A DNA stretch of 64,000 nt from an uncultured Candidatus Entotheonella sp. (GTDB taxonomy: Bacteria > Tectomicrobia > Entotheonellia > Entotheonellales > Entotheonellaceae), in the NCBI GenBank assembly GCA_965215335.1, contig CBDCDA010000002.1, positions 864,001-928,000 of the forward strand. The letters are read 5' to 3'. Shown here in pieces: positions 41,701 through 52,237 of the stretch. Position 1 is the stretch's first letter; the number at the start of each line of letters is the position of its first letter. Under the pieces are notes generated by a model that did not search any database, was not told where the DNA came from, and was given only the letters and a program-made list of their open reading frames with translations. Made by a program: the position numbers and the translations under genes.

Positions 41701-42200
41701 GCGACGATGAAGTCGATGATGTGGCGCGGGGTGCGGAACTGTCCGGCGTCGCCCTGCGCGCCGAGGACGGAGAGCAGGTACTCGAAGGCATCGCCCAGGC
41801 GCTCGGAATGGTCGTAGGCGAACGTGTCGACGACCTTGAGAAAGGCGCGCAGGGTTTCCGGGTCGCGGTAGGGCAGGTAGGCGTTGTTGAAGATGTCGCG
41901 GAAGAGCGGCGGGATACCCGGGTTTTCCGGCATGCGGGTGACGGCCTCGGCGTACAGGTCGAGGACCTCGTGGCCGCCCAGGCCGGCGCGCACCAGTCGG
42001 GGCCAGCCGTAGCGCGCGAAGTCGCCGGCGAAGAACTGGCGCCGGCCGCCCAGCGCCTCGCTCTCGGCGTCGATGTCGTCCATGAACTTGTAGATGAGGG
42101 CGATGGTGATCTGCTCGACCTGGCTCTTGGGGTCGGGCACCTTGCCCACGAGGATGTCGCGGGCGGTGTCGATGCGGCGTTTGGTAGCGACGTCTAGCAT
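41701..42200 (-). pseudogene. hsdM: type I R-M N6-adenine methyltransferase N-terminal fragment, cut by IS66
   Basis: MLDVATKRRIDTARDILVGKVPDP...LGDAFEYLL..GQFRTPRHII then IS66 end; catalytic motifs missing. Confidence 0.85.
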
Positions 42201-42300
42201 TTTGGCTTTCTGACCGTTCAGTCTGGCGGTGCGACCCGATGCCGTGAAAATGGCGGTTAACGCTCCCGCTTCTCCGTGCAGCGAGGACGGGTTTTCTCGA

Positions 42301-42328
42301 TCCACAATCCAGAATCCGCAATTCACAA
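42301..42328. repeat. four degenerate heptamer tandem repeats between hsdR and hsdM
   Basis: TCCACAA TCCAGAA TCCGCAA TTCACAA. Confidence 0.6.
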
Positions 42329-42333
42329 TGATT

Positions 42334-44878
42334 TTACGCGGCGAACTGGTTCAGCGACACGTAGTCCTTGATGTACGCCGGGACGCTGCGGCGGTATGAC
42401 TGGGGCACCTGCCGCAGGTCGGCCATGGAGAATGCGGGGTTGGTGGACAGCGCTGCGAATTCCCGGGTGTCGATGATGTGGCGGAACTGGCCGTTGGTGG
42501 CATACGCCTTGAAATAGGCCTTGACGGACGGCAGCGCCTGCGGGTCCGGCGGCTCGTGCTGGATGATGAACTTGTCGAATTCCTCTTCCAGCAGCTCGTC
42601 CCTGGACTTGAACCGGGGGATGAGGTCGAAGACGCGCTCCAGGATTTCCCGCAGCGTCAACCGGCGGTCCACCGCGGCGGCCTTGCGCAACTTGTCGAGG
42701 GTGTAGTAAGCCTCGGGCTTGTCGAAGACCTCGCGGTTGACGTAATCGATGACCCGGTCCCACCGGCCCGCCTCGACGGCCTGCTTCACGGTCTCATCCT
42801 GGCGCACCGTGTCCGCGAAGCGGTCGAACAGCATCCGGTCGATCTTCATCCCCTCATACCCGACGGGCGCTTCCTTCAGGGTGGCGAGGATGTCGGCGCC
42901 GAGGTGTTCGTAAGCGCGCACCCACGACGGCGAGGTGCCGCCCGGTTGTCCATCCTCATCGTCGCCATTCCCGCTCGGCGCCGGCGGCAATTCCAGCACC
43001 TCGTCATAGTTGAACCCGGTCTCGAAGAACTCGCAGCTGGCGAAGAAATCGAACAGCTTGAAGGTGGTCTTTTCCGGCTTGGCCACGCCCGCGGCGATGG
43101 TTGTATCAAGGCACTGTTCGGTGAAGTCGTGCCGGCGGGTTCCCCGGCCCTTGATCTGCACGAAGTCCGTGGGTGAGAAGATGGGCCGGAACAAGCCGAC
43201 GTTCAGAATGTCGGTGCAGTCGTAGCCGGTGGTCATCATGCCGACGGTGACGCACACCCGTGCCTTGCTGGTGCGATAGGCGTCCAGGAAGTTTCCCGAA
43301 CCCATCAGGTTGTTGTTGGCGAAGTTGATCGTGAACCGCTGGGCGTCGGGAACCCGGGAGGTGACCTGCACGGCGAAATCCGACTGGTACCGGCCCGGAA
43401 ACGTCACGTCCGCCATGGCGTTGAGGGTCTGCGTCAGCCTGGCGGCGTGGTTCTGCGACACGGCGAACACGATGGACTTGCCGATTTCGCCGCTGACCGG
43501 GTCGCGCAGGGCGTTCTCCAGGAAGGTCTTGCAGAACACCTGATTGGTGGCGTCGGCAAAGAATCGCTTCTCGAATTCGCGCTGCCGGAACGTTTCCTCG
43601 CGCGCCTCGCCGGTGTCGTCGGTGAACGAAACCGTGAAGCCGTCCGCCGCCAGGAGTCGCGTCGTCACTTCCGTGCGCGCGTCCACCACGGTCGGGTTGA
43701 CCAGACAGCCGTCCCGCACTCCGTCGAGCAGCGAGTAGCGGAAGGTGGGCTGTCCGCTCTCGCATCCGAAGGTGCGGTAGGTGTCGAGCAGCAGCCGTCG
43801 CTCGGCCTCGCGGGGATCGTGTACGGGGCGGGCAGCGTTTTGAGCGCCCCTCAGGTAGTCGCGCGGCGTGGCGGTGAGGCCGAGCTTGTAGCCGACGAAG
43901 TAGTCGAAGACGGCGCGGGCGTTGCCGCCGATGGAGCGGTGCGCCTCGTCGGAGATGACGAGGTCGAAGTCCGTCGGCGAGAAGAGCGTCTGGTACTTGT
44001 TGTTGAACAGCAGCGCCTGCACGGTGGTCACGACGATATGGGCGCTGCGCCAGTCGGCGCGCTTCTCCTTTGTAGATCACGGTGTCGAAATCGTTGGACA
44101 GGCAAGGGCGGAACGCCCGGGCGGCCTGGTCTTCCAGTTCCAGGCGGTCGACCAGGAAGAGAACGCGACCGGCGTTGCCGGTGCGCAGGAACAGCTTGAT
44201 GATCGCGGCCGCAACCAGGGTCTTGCCGGTGCCGGTGGCCATCTCGAACAGGAACCGGTCGCTGCCCTGCCGCACGGCTTGCTGCAAGCCGTGCACGGCG
44301 CGAAGCTGGTAGTCCCGCAGGAAGCGCAGAGCGTGGGTGCGGACGTAGCCGGCGCGCTCGGTCTCGTTGCGCCAGGCCGCTTCCGAGGTATAGTTGGGCC
44401 GCTGCGTCAGCACGATGTAATCGTCGCCGACCGGTTCATCAACCAGGCGCTGCGGATCGGGGACGGCCTTGCGGAAGGCGCCGACCGATTCCGGCGTGGG
44501 GAAGGCGGTGATGATATGGGGGTCGCCGCGTTCCAGGTCCCAGAAGTAGTGCAGATTGCCGTTGGACAGCATGACGAACCGGCAGTTCAGGGAACGTGCG
44601 TACCTGCGCGCCTGTTCCTTGCCGACCAGCGGCTGCCGGCGCTCCGACTTCGCCTCCAGCACGACCAAGGGGAGCCCCCGGTCGTCGAGCAGCAGAAAGT
44701 CGACGAGCCCCCGTTCGGTCCGCTCGAAGTCGTCCCCCAGGGCGTCCAGGTCGGCCGGCTCGATGGCGACACCGTGCTCCAGGCTGACGTTGGCCGGCCC
44801 GCTTGCGCCGGGAAAGAAGCGCCATCCGGCTTTCACCAGCAGGGCGTTGATTCGGATGCGGGCGGTTGCTTCGTTCAT
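42334..44878 (-). pseudogene. hsdR: type I restriction endonuclease subunit R with +1 frameshift near 44070
   Basis: D..L..EAK nuclease, MATGTGKT, DEAHRS, LTATP, TTGYD, QIKGRGTR split across two frames. Confidence 0.88.
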
Positions 44879-44945
44879 ACGCCGTTCGGTTCTCATGCCG
44901 GGGGCCTGTCCGATGCTGCCGGGTGGGCGCGGCGAATCGCAGAAA

Positions 44946-46652
44946 TCAATCGTTATCCTGAGTAACCCGCAGGACTTCCGCCGCCGTCGTTCTGCCTGCC
45001 AGGACCTTGCGCGCGCCGTCCTGCAGCAACGGTCGCATGCCGCGCTCGATGGCGGCGCTGCGCAGCATGCCGGCGTTGGCCTGCTGCATGATCAGGCGGC
45101 GGACGGGATCGTCGATCGGCAGCAGCTCGTAAATGCCGGTGCGCCCGCGATAGCCGGTGTCGCGGCAGCCGTCGCAGCCGCGGCTGAGGAACCATTCCCC
45201 CGGCGCGACGCTTGCGTCGTCGGGCGCCAGGCCGAGTTCGCGCAGCGTTTCGCGTTCCGGTCTTCCCGGTTCGCGGCATTCGGGGCACAGCACGCGCACC
45301 AGGCGTTGCGCCATCATGGCCAGCACCGAGGAAGAGATGAGGAACGGCTCGATGCCCATGTCCAGCAGTCGCGTCACCGCGCTGGCGGCGTCGTTGGTGT
45401 GCAGCGTGCTCAGGACCAGGTGCCCGGTGAGGGACGCCTGGATGGCGATTTCGGCGGTCTCGCGGTCGCGGATTTCGCCCACCATGATGACGTCCGGGTC
45501 CTGACGCAGGATGGAGCGCAGGCCGTTGGCGAAGGTCAGATCGATCCTGGGATTGACGTGAATCTGTCCGACGCCGTTGACCTGGTACTCGATCGGGTCC
45601 TCGATGGTAATGATGTTGAGTTGCGGTGAGTTGATGCGTTGCAAGGTGGCGTACAGCGTCGTGCTCTTGCCGCTGCCAGTGGGGCCGGTGACCAGAATGA
45701 TGCCGTGTGAACGGTGAATCAGTCGGCTGTAGCTGGACAACAGTTCCGGTGCCAGGCCGATTTCCTCGAGCTGGAACAGGGCGCCCGACTTGTCCAGCAG
45801 CCGCAGCACCAGGCGTTCGCCGAACGCCGTCGGCACCACCGAGACGCGGATGTCGATTTCGCGGTTGCGCACCCGGATGGCGATCCTGCCGTCCTGCGGC
45901 AGCCGCGTTTCGGCGATGTTCAGGTCGGCCATGACCTTGAGGCGCGAGGTGATGCGTGGCTGAAGCGCCTTGGGCGGCGACAGCACCTCGTGCAGCACGC
46001 CGTCGATGCGGTATCGCACCTTGAGCGTTCGCTCGAACGGCTCGATATGGATATCGCTGGCGCGGTCCCGCACCGCCTGCGACAAAATCAGGTTGACGAG
46101 CTGGATGATGGGTGCCTCGGCCTCGTGCTCGAGGATGTCCTGCGGCCCTTCCAGGTCGTGCGCCAGGCGGCCCAGCGTCTCGTCGTCCAGATTCTGGATG
46201 ACCTTGTCGGCCGTCTGCGAGCCGGTGTCGTAGAAGCGGTTCAGGGCGCTGATAATTTCGCGCTCGCTGCTCAGCACCGGCTCCACCGGCGCCTTGAGGA
46301 GCAGGCTGATGTCGTCGAGCGGCTGCAAATCCAGCGCCCGGCTGACGGCCACCAGCGCGGCGCCGTCCTGCATGCGGATCGGCACCAGCTTGTGTTGTCG
46401 CGCGAATCCCAGCGGCACGCGATGCATCAGCGACACGTCGAACTCGCCGTCAGGCAACGCCTTCCAGTACATCAGGCCGAGCTGGCGGCCCTGCGCCCGC
46501 AACAGCGCGTCGTCGCTGACCATGTGTTGCCGCAGGAGCACCTCGAACAACGGCAGCTGGCGCTCGGTGCTCAACGCCTCGGCGCGCGTCAGCTGCTCGG
46601 GCGTCAGGTCGCCGGTGTCGATCAGGATGTCAGCCAGGGACGTTCGCGGCAT
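44946..46652 (-). CDS. gspE: type II secretion ATPase
   Basis: ASDIHIEP, GPTGSGKSTT, EDPIEY, LRQDPDVIMVGEIRD, STLHTND, CxxC..CxxC. Confidence 0.95.
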   Translation of the reverse strand: MPRTSLADILIDTGDLTPEQLTRAEALSTERQLPLFEVLLRQHMVSDDALLRAQGRQLGLMYWKALPDGEFDVSLMHRVPLGFARQHKLVPIRMQDGAALVAVSRALDLQPLDDISLLLKAPVEPVLSSEREIISALNRFYDTGSQTADKVIQNLDDETLGRLAHDLEGPQDILEHEAEAPIIQLVNLILSQAVRDRASDIHIEPFERTLKVRYRIDGVLHEVLSPPKALQPRITSRLKVMADLNIAETRLPQDGRIAIRVRNREIDIRVSVVPTAFGERLVLRLLDKSGALFQLEEIGLAPELLSSYSRLIHRSHGIILVTGPTGSGKSTTLYATLQRINSPQLNIITIEDPIEYQVNGVGQIHVNPRIDLTFANGLRSILRQDPDVIMVGEIRDRETAEIAIQASLTGHLVLSTLHTNDAASAVTRLLDMGIEPFLISSSVLAMMAQRLVRVLCPECREPGRPERETLRELGLAPDDASVAPGEWFLSRGCDGCRDTGYRGRTGIYELLPIDDPVRRLIMQQANAGMLRSAAIERGMRPLLQDGARKVLAGRTTAAEVLRVTQDND

Positions 46653-46676
46653 GACGGGCGTTCTCCCGTGCAGGGG

Positions 46677-48755
46677 TCAGTCGAGCAGCCATTCGAGGTT
46701 GTCTTGCGGCTGTCCGGCGCGCAGTTTTTGCTCGATGATCTCGGGTTCGTGGGCCTGTTCCTGCTTGTGCGTCGTCACCCGGTCGATATCCTCGCGCGTG
46801 GCGATGATGTGCGGCGTCAGGAAGATCAGCAGATTGGTCTTCATGTTCTGCTTGGCCGTCTGCCTGAAAAGCCCGCCGAGCAGCGGCAGGCTTCCCAGAA
46901 AGGGCACGCGGGTTTCAGCGTCGTTGCTCGCGTCCTGAATGAGCCCGCCGAGCACGATCGTCTGGCCGTCGTCCACGATGACCGTGGTCTTCGTCGAACG
47001 CTTGGTCGTCGTCACGGCTCCCACCTCGGACTCGGACACGAAGCGGGTAATTTCCAGGAACAGTTCGGTACGCACCGTGTGCCCCTTGCTGATCTGCGGC
47101 GTGATCCGCAGGGTAATGCCGGTATCGCGAAAATCAAAGGTCCTCCTGGCGCCGGGAGAGATGATACCGTCGGAGGAGATGATATTATCGGTCGAGGTCA
47201 GAAAAGGGCGTTGCTCGCCAACGATGATCTCGGCCTCTTCGTTGTCCGTCGTCAGCAGATTCGGCGTCGCCAGCACCTCGACGCTGGTATTGCCCTGGAA
47301 GGCTCGCAACAGGATCGGGATGTTGAGAATTTGCTGCTGACCGAAGCGAATCGTGTTGCGCAGGGCGCCCACGAGAAAACCGGGGGTGCTCAGCAGGGTT
47401 GCCGGATCATTGAGCACCCCGGTGCTGTCCGATCCCGTCGTGCCGGCGAACACCTGGGTGCCATTCGGTTGATCGATGATGCGCCACTCCACCCCCAAAT
47501 CTCTGGCCGTGTCCAGCGACACCTCTGCGATCAACCCTTCCACCAGCACCTGGGCACGGCGAATATCGAGTTTCCGAATAATCTCCTCGATAACCGCGTA
47601 GGTCTCCGGGTCAGCGGTGATGACAAGGGAATTGGTCGGCTTGTCGGCGGTAATCGTGATGTCCGTGGGCGTCATGCCGCCAGCGGGCCTCCGGGCTTGC
47701 CGGGGTCGTTCGTCTGAGCGCGCCTCCTGTATCCGGGCGATTTCGGGTGCTTGCGCCGTCAGCACCTGTGCCAGTTCCTCGGCGTTGGCGTGGGACAGGT
47801 AATAGACGTGAATCTTGCCCCGTCCGGCGGGCGTCGGGATGTCCAGCCTGGTGATGATGTCCTGGGCCACCGCCATGCCGGCGGGGGTAGCGACCAGCAC
47901 CAGGCTGTTCGTCCGCGTGTCGGCGATGATGGTCGGCCCGGCGCCGGCGTTCTGCGGCGCTGGACCGCTCCGCTGCCGTCGCCGTCGTCGCCGCTCCGCC
48001 TGATCCGACGGTTGCTGCCCCTCGGCGATGGTTTGCGCCTCCGCCAGGCCCTGCAGCGCCGTCTGGAGTGAGCTTGCCAGTTCTCCGGCAGCGGCGTGCT
48101 GCAGGGGGACCACCCGGAAAATTTTCGTCGGCGCCTCCACGTCCAGGGTGGCGAGGATCTTTTTCAGCCGCGTGATGTTCGACGTCGTTTCGGTGAGAAT
48201 CAGGGTGTTCGTCGGCGCGTACGACAGCAGGCTGCTCTCCTTGGACACCAGCGGCGACAGCAGCCCGCGAATCTGGTTCACGTCCGCGAATTTCAGGGGG
48301 ATGATCTGCGTCACAAAGGCGTCGCTACTGGTTGGCGGCAGGGCGCCCTCGTCGTCCGTAGCGGTGGGGATCGGGCTGTCCTTGACGTCGCTGGACGGAA
48401 TGATCTTGATGACTGGCCCCTGCGGCACGACGGTGAAGCCGTGGATCTCCAGGATCGACAGAAAGACCTGGTACGCCTCGTCGAGGCCCACCGGCTCGGG
48501 GGCAATGAGGGTCACTTTCCCGCGCACGTTGTCGTCCACGAGAAAATTCTTGCCCGTCAATTCGCTCATCAACCGGATGACGTTCAGAATTTCCACGTCG
48601 CGGAGGTTCAGCTGGATCTGATTGCCGTTGTCTGGTGCCTCGGTCCCGGCAGCGGTTTTTGCGTCGTCCAGCCGCGCCGCGTAACCCGCGTCGAGCCCTG
48701 CCAGCACGATGCCGGTCAACAACAATCCGAGCACACCGAGCTTGTACGAACGCAT
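46677..48755 (-). CDS. gspD: type II secretion secretin
   Basis: Signal peptide, N0-N3 domains, QVLVEGLIAEV, VPFLGSLPLLGGLF, LIFLTPHII. Confidence 0.95.
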   Translation of the reverse strand: MRSYKLGVLGLLLTGIVLAGLDAGYAARLDDAKTAAGTEAPDNGNQIQLNLRDVEILNVIRLMSELTGKNFLVDDNVRGKVTLIAPEPVGLDEAYQVFLSILEIHGFTVVPQGPVIKIIPSSDVKDSPIPTATDDEGALPPTSSDAFVTQIIPLKFADVNQIRGLLSPLVSKESSLLSYAPTNTLILTETTSNITRLKKILATLDVEAPTKIFRVVPLQHAAAGELASSLQTALQGLAEAQTIAEGQQPSDQAERRRRRRQRSGPAPQNAGAGPTIIADTRTNSLVLVATPAGMAVAQDIITRLDIPTPAGRGKIHVYYLSHANAEELAQVLTAQAPEIARIQEARSDERPRQARRPAGGMTPTDITITADKPTNSLVITADPETYAVIEEIIRKLDIRRAQVLVEGLIAEVSLDTARDLGVEWRIIDQPNGTQVFAGTTGSDSTGVLNDPATLLSTPGFLVGALRNTIRFGQQQILNIPILLRAFQGNTSVEVLATPNLLTTDNEEAEIIVGEQRPFLTSTDNIISSDGIISPGARRTFDFRDTGITLRITPQISKGHTVRTELFLEITRFVSESEVGAVTTTKRSTKTTVIVDDGQTIVLGGLIQDASNDAETRVPFLGSLPLLGGLFRQTAKQNMKTNLLIFLTPHIIATREDIDRVTTHKQEQAHEPEIIEQKLRAGQPQDNLEWLLD

Positions 48756-48788
48756 GGAATCCTCATTCTCGGGTCGAGTCGCGGTCGG

Positions 48789-49715
48789 CTATCGAATTTC
48801 GTAGGTGAGGGTAGTGGGGCTGTTGCGCCGCAGGATTTCCAGCCGCACGGTGGGTTCACTTTGAATCGCCTGATACGCCTTCAAGGCTTCTTCCGGTGAA
48901 TTGACGTCCAGCCCGTTGACCCGCTGCAACACATCGCCGTTGAGCAGGCCGATACGCCGCAGCAGGCCCGACCGCAGACGGGTCAGGCGAAAGCCGCTCG
49001 GCTTGCCCTGGATCGAGTGCGGGGTCATCCGTACCTGCCGCGATAACGTTCCGAGGTCGGCAAATTGTTCCATGATCAAATCCCGCTTGACGCGCCAGGT
49101 CCCTTGGTCGATCCGCACGATGTCGTCGGCCGCCGGTGCGTCCGCCGGGGTGGCGGAACCGTTACGAGTATCCCGGGCGCGCCGCGGCGCGGGTCTGCCG
49201 TTGGTGTCGCTGGCGCCGCTGTCGTCGTCGAAGCACAATTTCTCGCGTTGCCGGCGCGTATCGAGCAATACGCATTCGGGACGAATGTCGATAATCGCCG
49301 CGCGCTGCACCACGTCGCCAATCTGGTAGAGGTCCTGCGTGCCGCTGCGTTGGAGGTCTTCGATGATGGCGTACTGCGGCGGCGGCGAGTCTCCCGCCAC
49401 GATGCCGATCAGCCGCAGGCGAAGCCGCGTCGGCTGCACCGCTTCCTCGATGGCCTTCACCGCGACCACCGGCGCCGGATCGTCCGACGGCGGGTTGGCG
49501 TTGAACAGGTTGCGCTCCGAAATGATGGCGTAGTCGGCCAGGGCCAGGCGCTTGACCGCCGGCGCCGCGGGGCTCGCAAGCCGGGCCGGCGGTTGCACGG
49601 ACGGCGCGCTGAGCCGCATCGTCACGTACGCCTTGGCGATGTCGGCGGCCATGACCGACGCAACGGTGACGAGGAGCACATAGGCGAGCCAGAAACAGCA
49701 TTTCAGCATCGTCAC
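48789..49715 (-). CDS. gspC: type II secretion protein C with PDZ domain
   Basis: TM, ERNLF, LRLIGIV..AIIED, GLLNGDVLQRVNG. Confidence 0.88.
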   Translation of the reverse strand: MTMLKCCFWLAYVLLVTVASVMAADIAKAYVTMRLSAPSVQPPARLASPAAPAVKRLALADYAIISERNLFNANPPSDDPAPVVAVKAIEEAVQPTRLRLRLIGIVAGDSPPPQYAIIEDLQRSGTQDLYQIGDVVQRAAIIDIRPECVLLDTRRQREKLCFDDDSGASDTNGRPAPRRARDTRNGSATPADAPAADDIVRIDQGTWRVKRDLIMEQFADLGTLSRQVRMTPHSIQGKPSGFRLTRLRSGLLRRIGLLNGDVLQRVNGLDVNSPEEALKAYQAIQSEPTVRLEILRRNSPTTLTYEIR

Positions 49716-50518
49716 GGCTCCAGAAGCCGGCGGAATTCCGGCGCGTTGCGCACCGGGTCGAAATCGACGTCCGTTTTTGCCCAGACGCGGGCCTCGGGAT
49801 CGATGGCCATGGCCTGGCGCAGGTATTCCCCTGCGCTTGCCGCGTTTCCAGCGCGTCCATGTACGCAGGCCAGGTTGTAATAGGCGAGGCTGTAGGAACT
49901 GTCCAGCCGCAGCACCGCCTGGAAGGCCGCGCTGGCGCGGTCGTCCAGGGTGAGTCGCAGGTACGTGCTTCCGAGGTTGTTGCGGGCTTTGACGTCAAGC
50001 GGGTTGAGCGCCAGGGCGGCTCGATACATGTCGATGGCGCGGTGGTACTCGCCCTGATGGTAGAGCGCGTTGCCGCGGGCGGTATAGTCGGCGGCCGTGG
50101 CCGGCGGGGTGGGGCGTCGTGCGGCGGCGACCTGGACGGGGCGGACCGGGGTGACGCCGGCAGTCCTTGACGGGGCCGGTTGCTGTTCGGGAACGGGGTC
50201 GGCGACCCGGCGGGCGGGTTTGAAAGCCGCTTCTGCCGCTTTTGCCGGCTGCACGGATTGCAGTTGGGGAACCAAACCGGCGACGGGCCGAGTTGGCCCG
50301 GGGACCGTCCCGTGTGCCGTCGGACTGGCAAGCCAGGTGTGCAGCGTAGCGCCGAGGCTCAAGGCGAACAGCGCCGCCGTGACGATCCAAAACGCCTGGC
50401 CGCGCCGGCGGCGGGGCGCACCGTCAGAGGCCGGTGCGGGCAGGAGCCAGGCCGTGCCACCTTGCGCCAGTTGCTGTTCACGCTGCGCCTTTTTCAAGGC
50501 TTGATGGATGATGCTCAT
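49712..50518 (-). CDS. GspB-like membrane-anchored TPR protein
   Basis: MSIIHQALKKAQRE (GspB-type N-terminus), TM, Pro-rich linker, 3 TPRs. Confidence 0.7.
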   Translation of the reverse strand: MSIIHQALKKAQREQQLAQGGTAWLLPAPASDGAPRRRRGQAFWIVTAALFALSLGATLHTWLASPTAHGTVPGPTRPVAGLVPQLQSVQPAKAAEAAFKPARRVADPVPEQQPAPSRTAGVTPVRPVQVAAARRPTPPATAADYTARGNALYHQGEYHRAIDMYRAALALNPLDVKARNNLGSTYLRLTLDDRASAAFQAVLRLDSSYSLAYYNLACVHGRAGNAASAGEYLRQAMAIDPEARVWAKTDVDFDPVRNAPEFRRLLEP

Positions 50519-50533
50519 AAGCGGCGCTCGCGG

Positions 50534-52156
50534 TTACGTCGTGCGTTCCAGGGCATCGCCACCGAAATGCAGCAGGGTGATCAGCGTCTGCCGCCCGGCG
50601 TAGCCATCGACGGGCAACCAATTGTCGCGCTGGAATCGCTTGACGGCCTGCTGCGTTTGCGTATTGAAGAGTCCGGAGGGTTTTCCCGGGAAATATCCGC
50701 CCTGCTTCAACGCCTGCTGCAAGGCTTGCACCGGTTCGCCCTGCATGCCTGGCCGCAGCGCCGGGCCCTCATAGGTGCTCGACTCTGCCGTCAGGTACAG
50801 CGTGCCGTACCACAGGCGCCGCAACTCGGACAGGGAGACGGGGGTCAACTCCCCTGATTCACGGTAGATCAGCACGCCGTCCGGCAGACCGTGCGCCAGC
50901 ACCCACAGCACGGCGTGGGGCGCCGCGGCATGCGGCAGCACTTTGATGAAACACGGCCGCGAAAGGTGCGGCAACTGCGCCATGCGGGGCTGAAACGGTA
51001 TCACGTCCAGCCCGTCCGCGACGGTCCGCAACAGGCTTTCCCAATCCGCTGACGCCGGGTCCTGCAAGGTCGGCAGCAGCGCCTCGGCGTTCGTCCCGAG
51101 GCGCCACAGGGCCTGTGACAATCCCAGGTTGGTCCGTAGCGCCGCCGGTGGCTCGGACTCGGGTGCGGGCGTCGCCGGGCGCGCCGACATCGGCCTGGCG
51201 TCCGGCGGCGTGAGTCCGGCGCGCATCCCGGGCAGCATCCAGGCGCTGGTGACGAGTCCCAGAAAGGCACAGCCCGTCAGGCTCGCCAGCGCCAGGCGTC
51301 CCAGCAGCCGCGTGCCCGACGCTCTGGCGCCGACCGCTTGTCGTCCGCCGTTCAGATCCCGCACGCTTTGCCGCACGATGGAGCCGTCGATGCAATGTGT
51401 TTCGCGCACAAAGGCCGTCATCAGCGCCCGGTCGCACAGCAGGTTGATGCGCCGCGGCAGCCCGCTGCTGTAGCGGTAAATCAGCGTCAGGGCGCGCCGT
51501 GTGAAGGTGATGCCGCCGTCGCTCGCGGCAGCCCCGGCCACCCGCAGGCGGTGCGCGATGTACCTGGCCATCTCGGTGCGGCTGATCTCGTGGAGATGGA
51601 ACCGCACCGCAATCCGTTGGTCCAGTTGCCGCATATCGGGCAGGGCGAGCTTGTTCCGCAACTCCGGTTGTCCGACCAGGACGATTTGCAGCAGCTTGCC
51701 GCGCGTCGTCTCCAGGTTGGAGAGCATGCGCAACTGCTCCAGCACCGTCGGCTCCAGGTTCTGCGCCTCGTCGATCACCACCACCGCGTTGCGCCCGGCG
51801 CTGAACGCCGACAGCAGGTACGTGTTCAGCCTGTCAATCTGGCGGGCACCGGAGGTGCCCGCCGTCGCCAGTCCGAAATCGCGGCTGATGGCCTCCAGGA
51901 GTTCCGTTCGGGTCAGGTAGGAATTGAAGACCAGCGCCGTGGAAACCGAGGCGTCGAGTTGCTCCAGGAGCGTCCGGCACAGCACCGTTTTGCCGGCACC
52001 GACCTCGCCGGTGATCTCGATGAACCCCTGGCGCTCGTGAACGCCGTAGAGCAGGTGGCTGAGGGCCTCTTCGTGCTGCGAGCTGAGGAACAGAAAGCGA
52101 GGGTCGGGCGTCAGATTGAACGGTGGTTCGCGCAGGTTGAAGAAGGGCAGGTACAC
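50534..52156 (-). CDS. gspA: ExeA/GspA AAA ATPase with peptidoglycan-binding domain
   Basis: PFNLTPDPRF, GEVGAGKT, IDEAQ, LVGQPEL, GLPRRINLLCD, C-terminal PG_binding_1. Confidence 0.9.
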   Translation of the reverse strand: MYLPFFNLREPPFNLTPDPRFLFLSSQHEEALSHLLYGVHERQGFIEITGEVGAGKTVLCRTLLEQLDASVSTALVFNSYLTRTELLEAISRDFGLATAGTSGARQIDRLNTYLLSAFSAGRNAVVVIDEAQNLEPTVLEQLRMLSNLETTRGKLLQIVLVGQPELRNKLALPDMRQLDQRIAVRFHLHEISRTEMARYIAHRLRVAGAAASDGGITFTRRALTLIYRYSSGLPRRINLLCDRALMTAFVRETHCIDGSIVRQSVRDLNGGRQAVGARASGTRLLGRLALASLTGCAFLGLVTSAWMLPGMRAGLTPPDARPMSARPATPAPESEPPAALRTNLGLSQALWRLGTNAEALLPTLQDPASADWESLLRTVADGLDVIPFQPRMAQLPHLSRPCFIKVLPHAAAPHAVLWVLAHGLPDGVLIYRESGELTPVSLSELRRLWYGTLYLTAESSTYEGPALRPGMQGEPVQALQQALKQGGYFPGKPSGLFNTQTQQAVKRFQRDNWLPVDGYAGRQTLITLLHFGGDALERTT

Positions 52157-52237
52157 GGTCGTGCGGCCTTTTCGTGGTGTGGCGAATCGTTCAGGAGTCT
52201 CACTGTGGTTTAGTAGTAGAGCATCCCCGTGGAGGTG

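Larger units (their letters stand above)
21757..44902. mobile_element. ~23.1 kb genomic island between gspE and gspF, bounded by 11-bp direct repeats
   Basis: CTCATGCCGGG at 21757-21767 and 44892-44902; interrupts T2SS operon; IS-rich, R-M and phage-like cargo. Confidence 0.75.

Noticed and set aside
45714..47717. Long plus-strand ORFs opposite gspE/gspD (and similar ones opposite leuA, gspF/L, SLC13, mpl)
   Set aside because: Antisense shadows expected in high-GC coding DNA; no recognisable motifs
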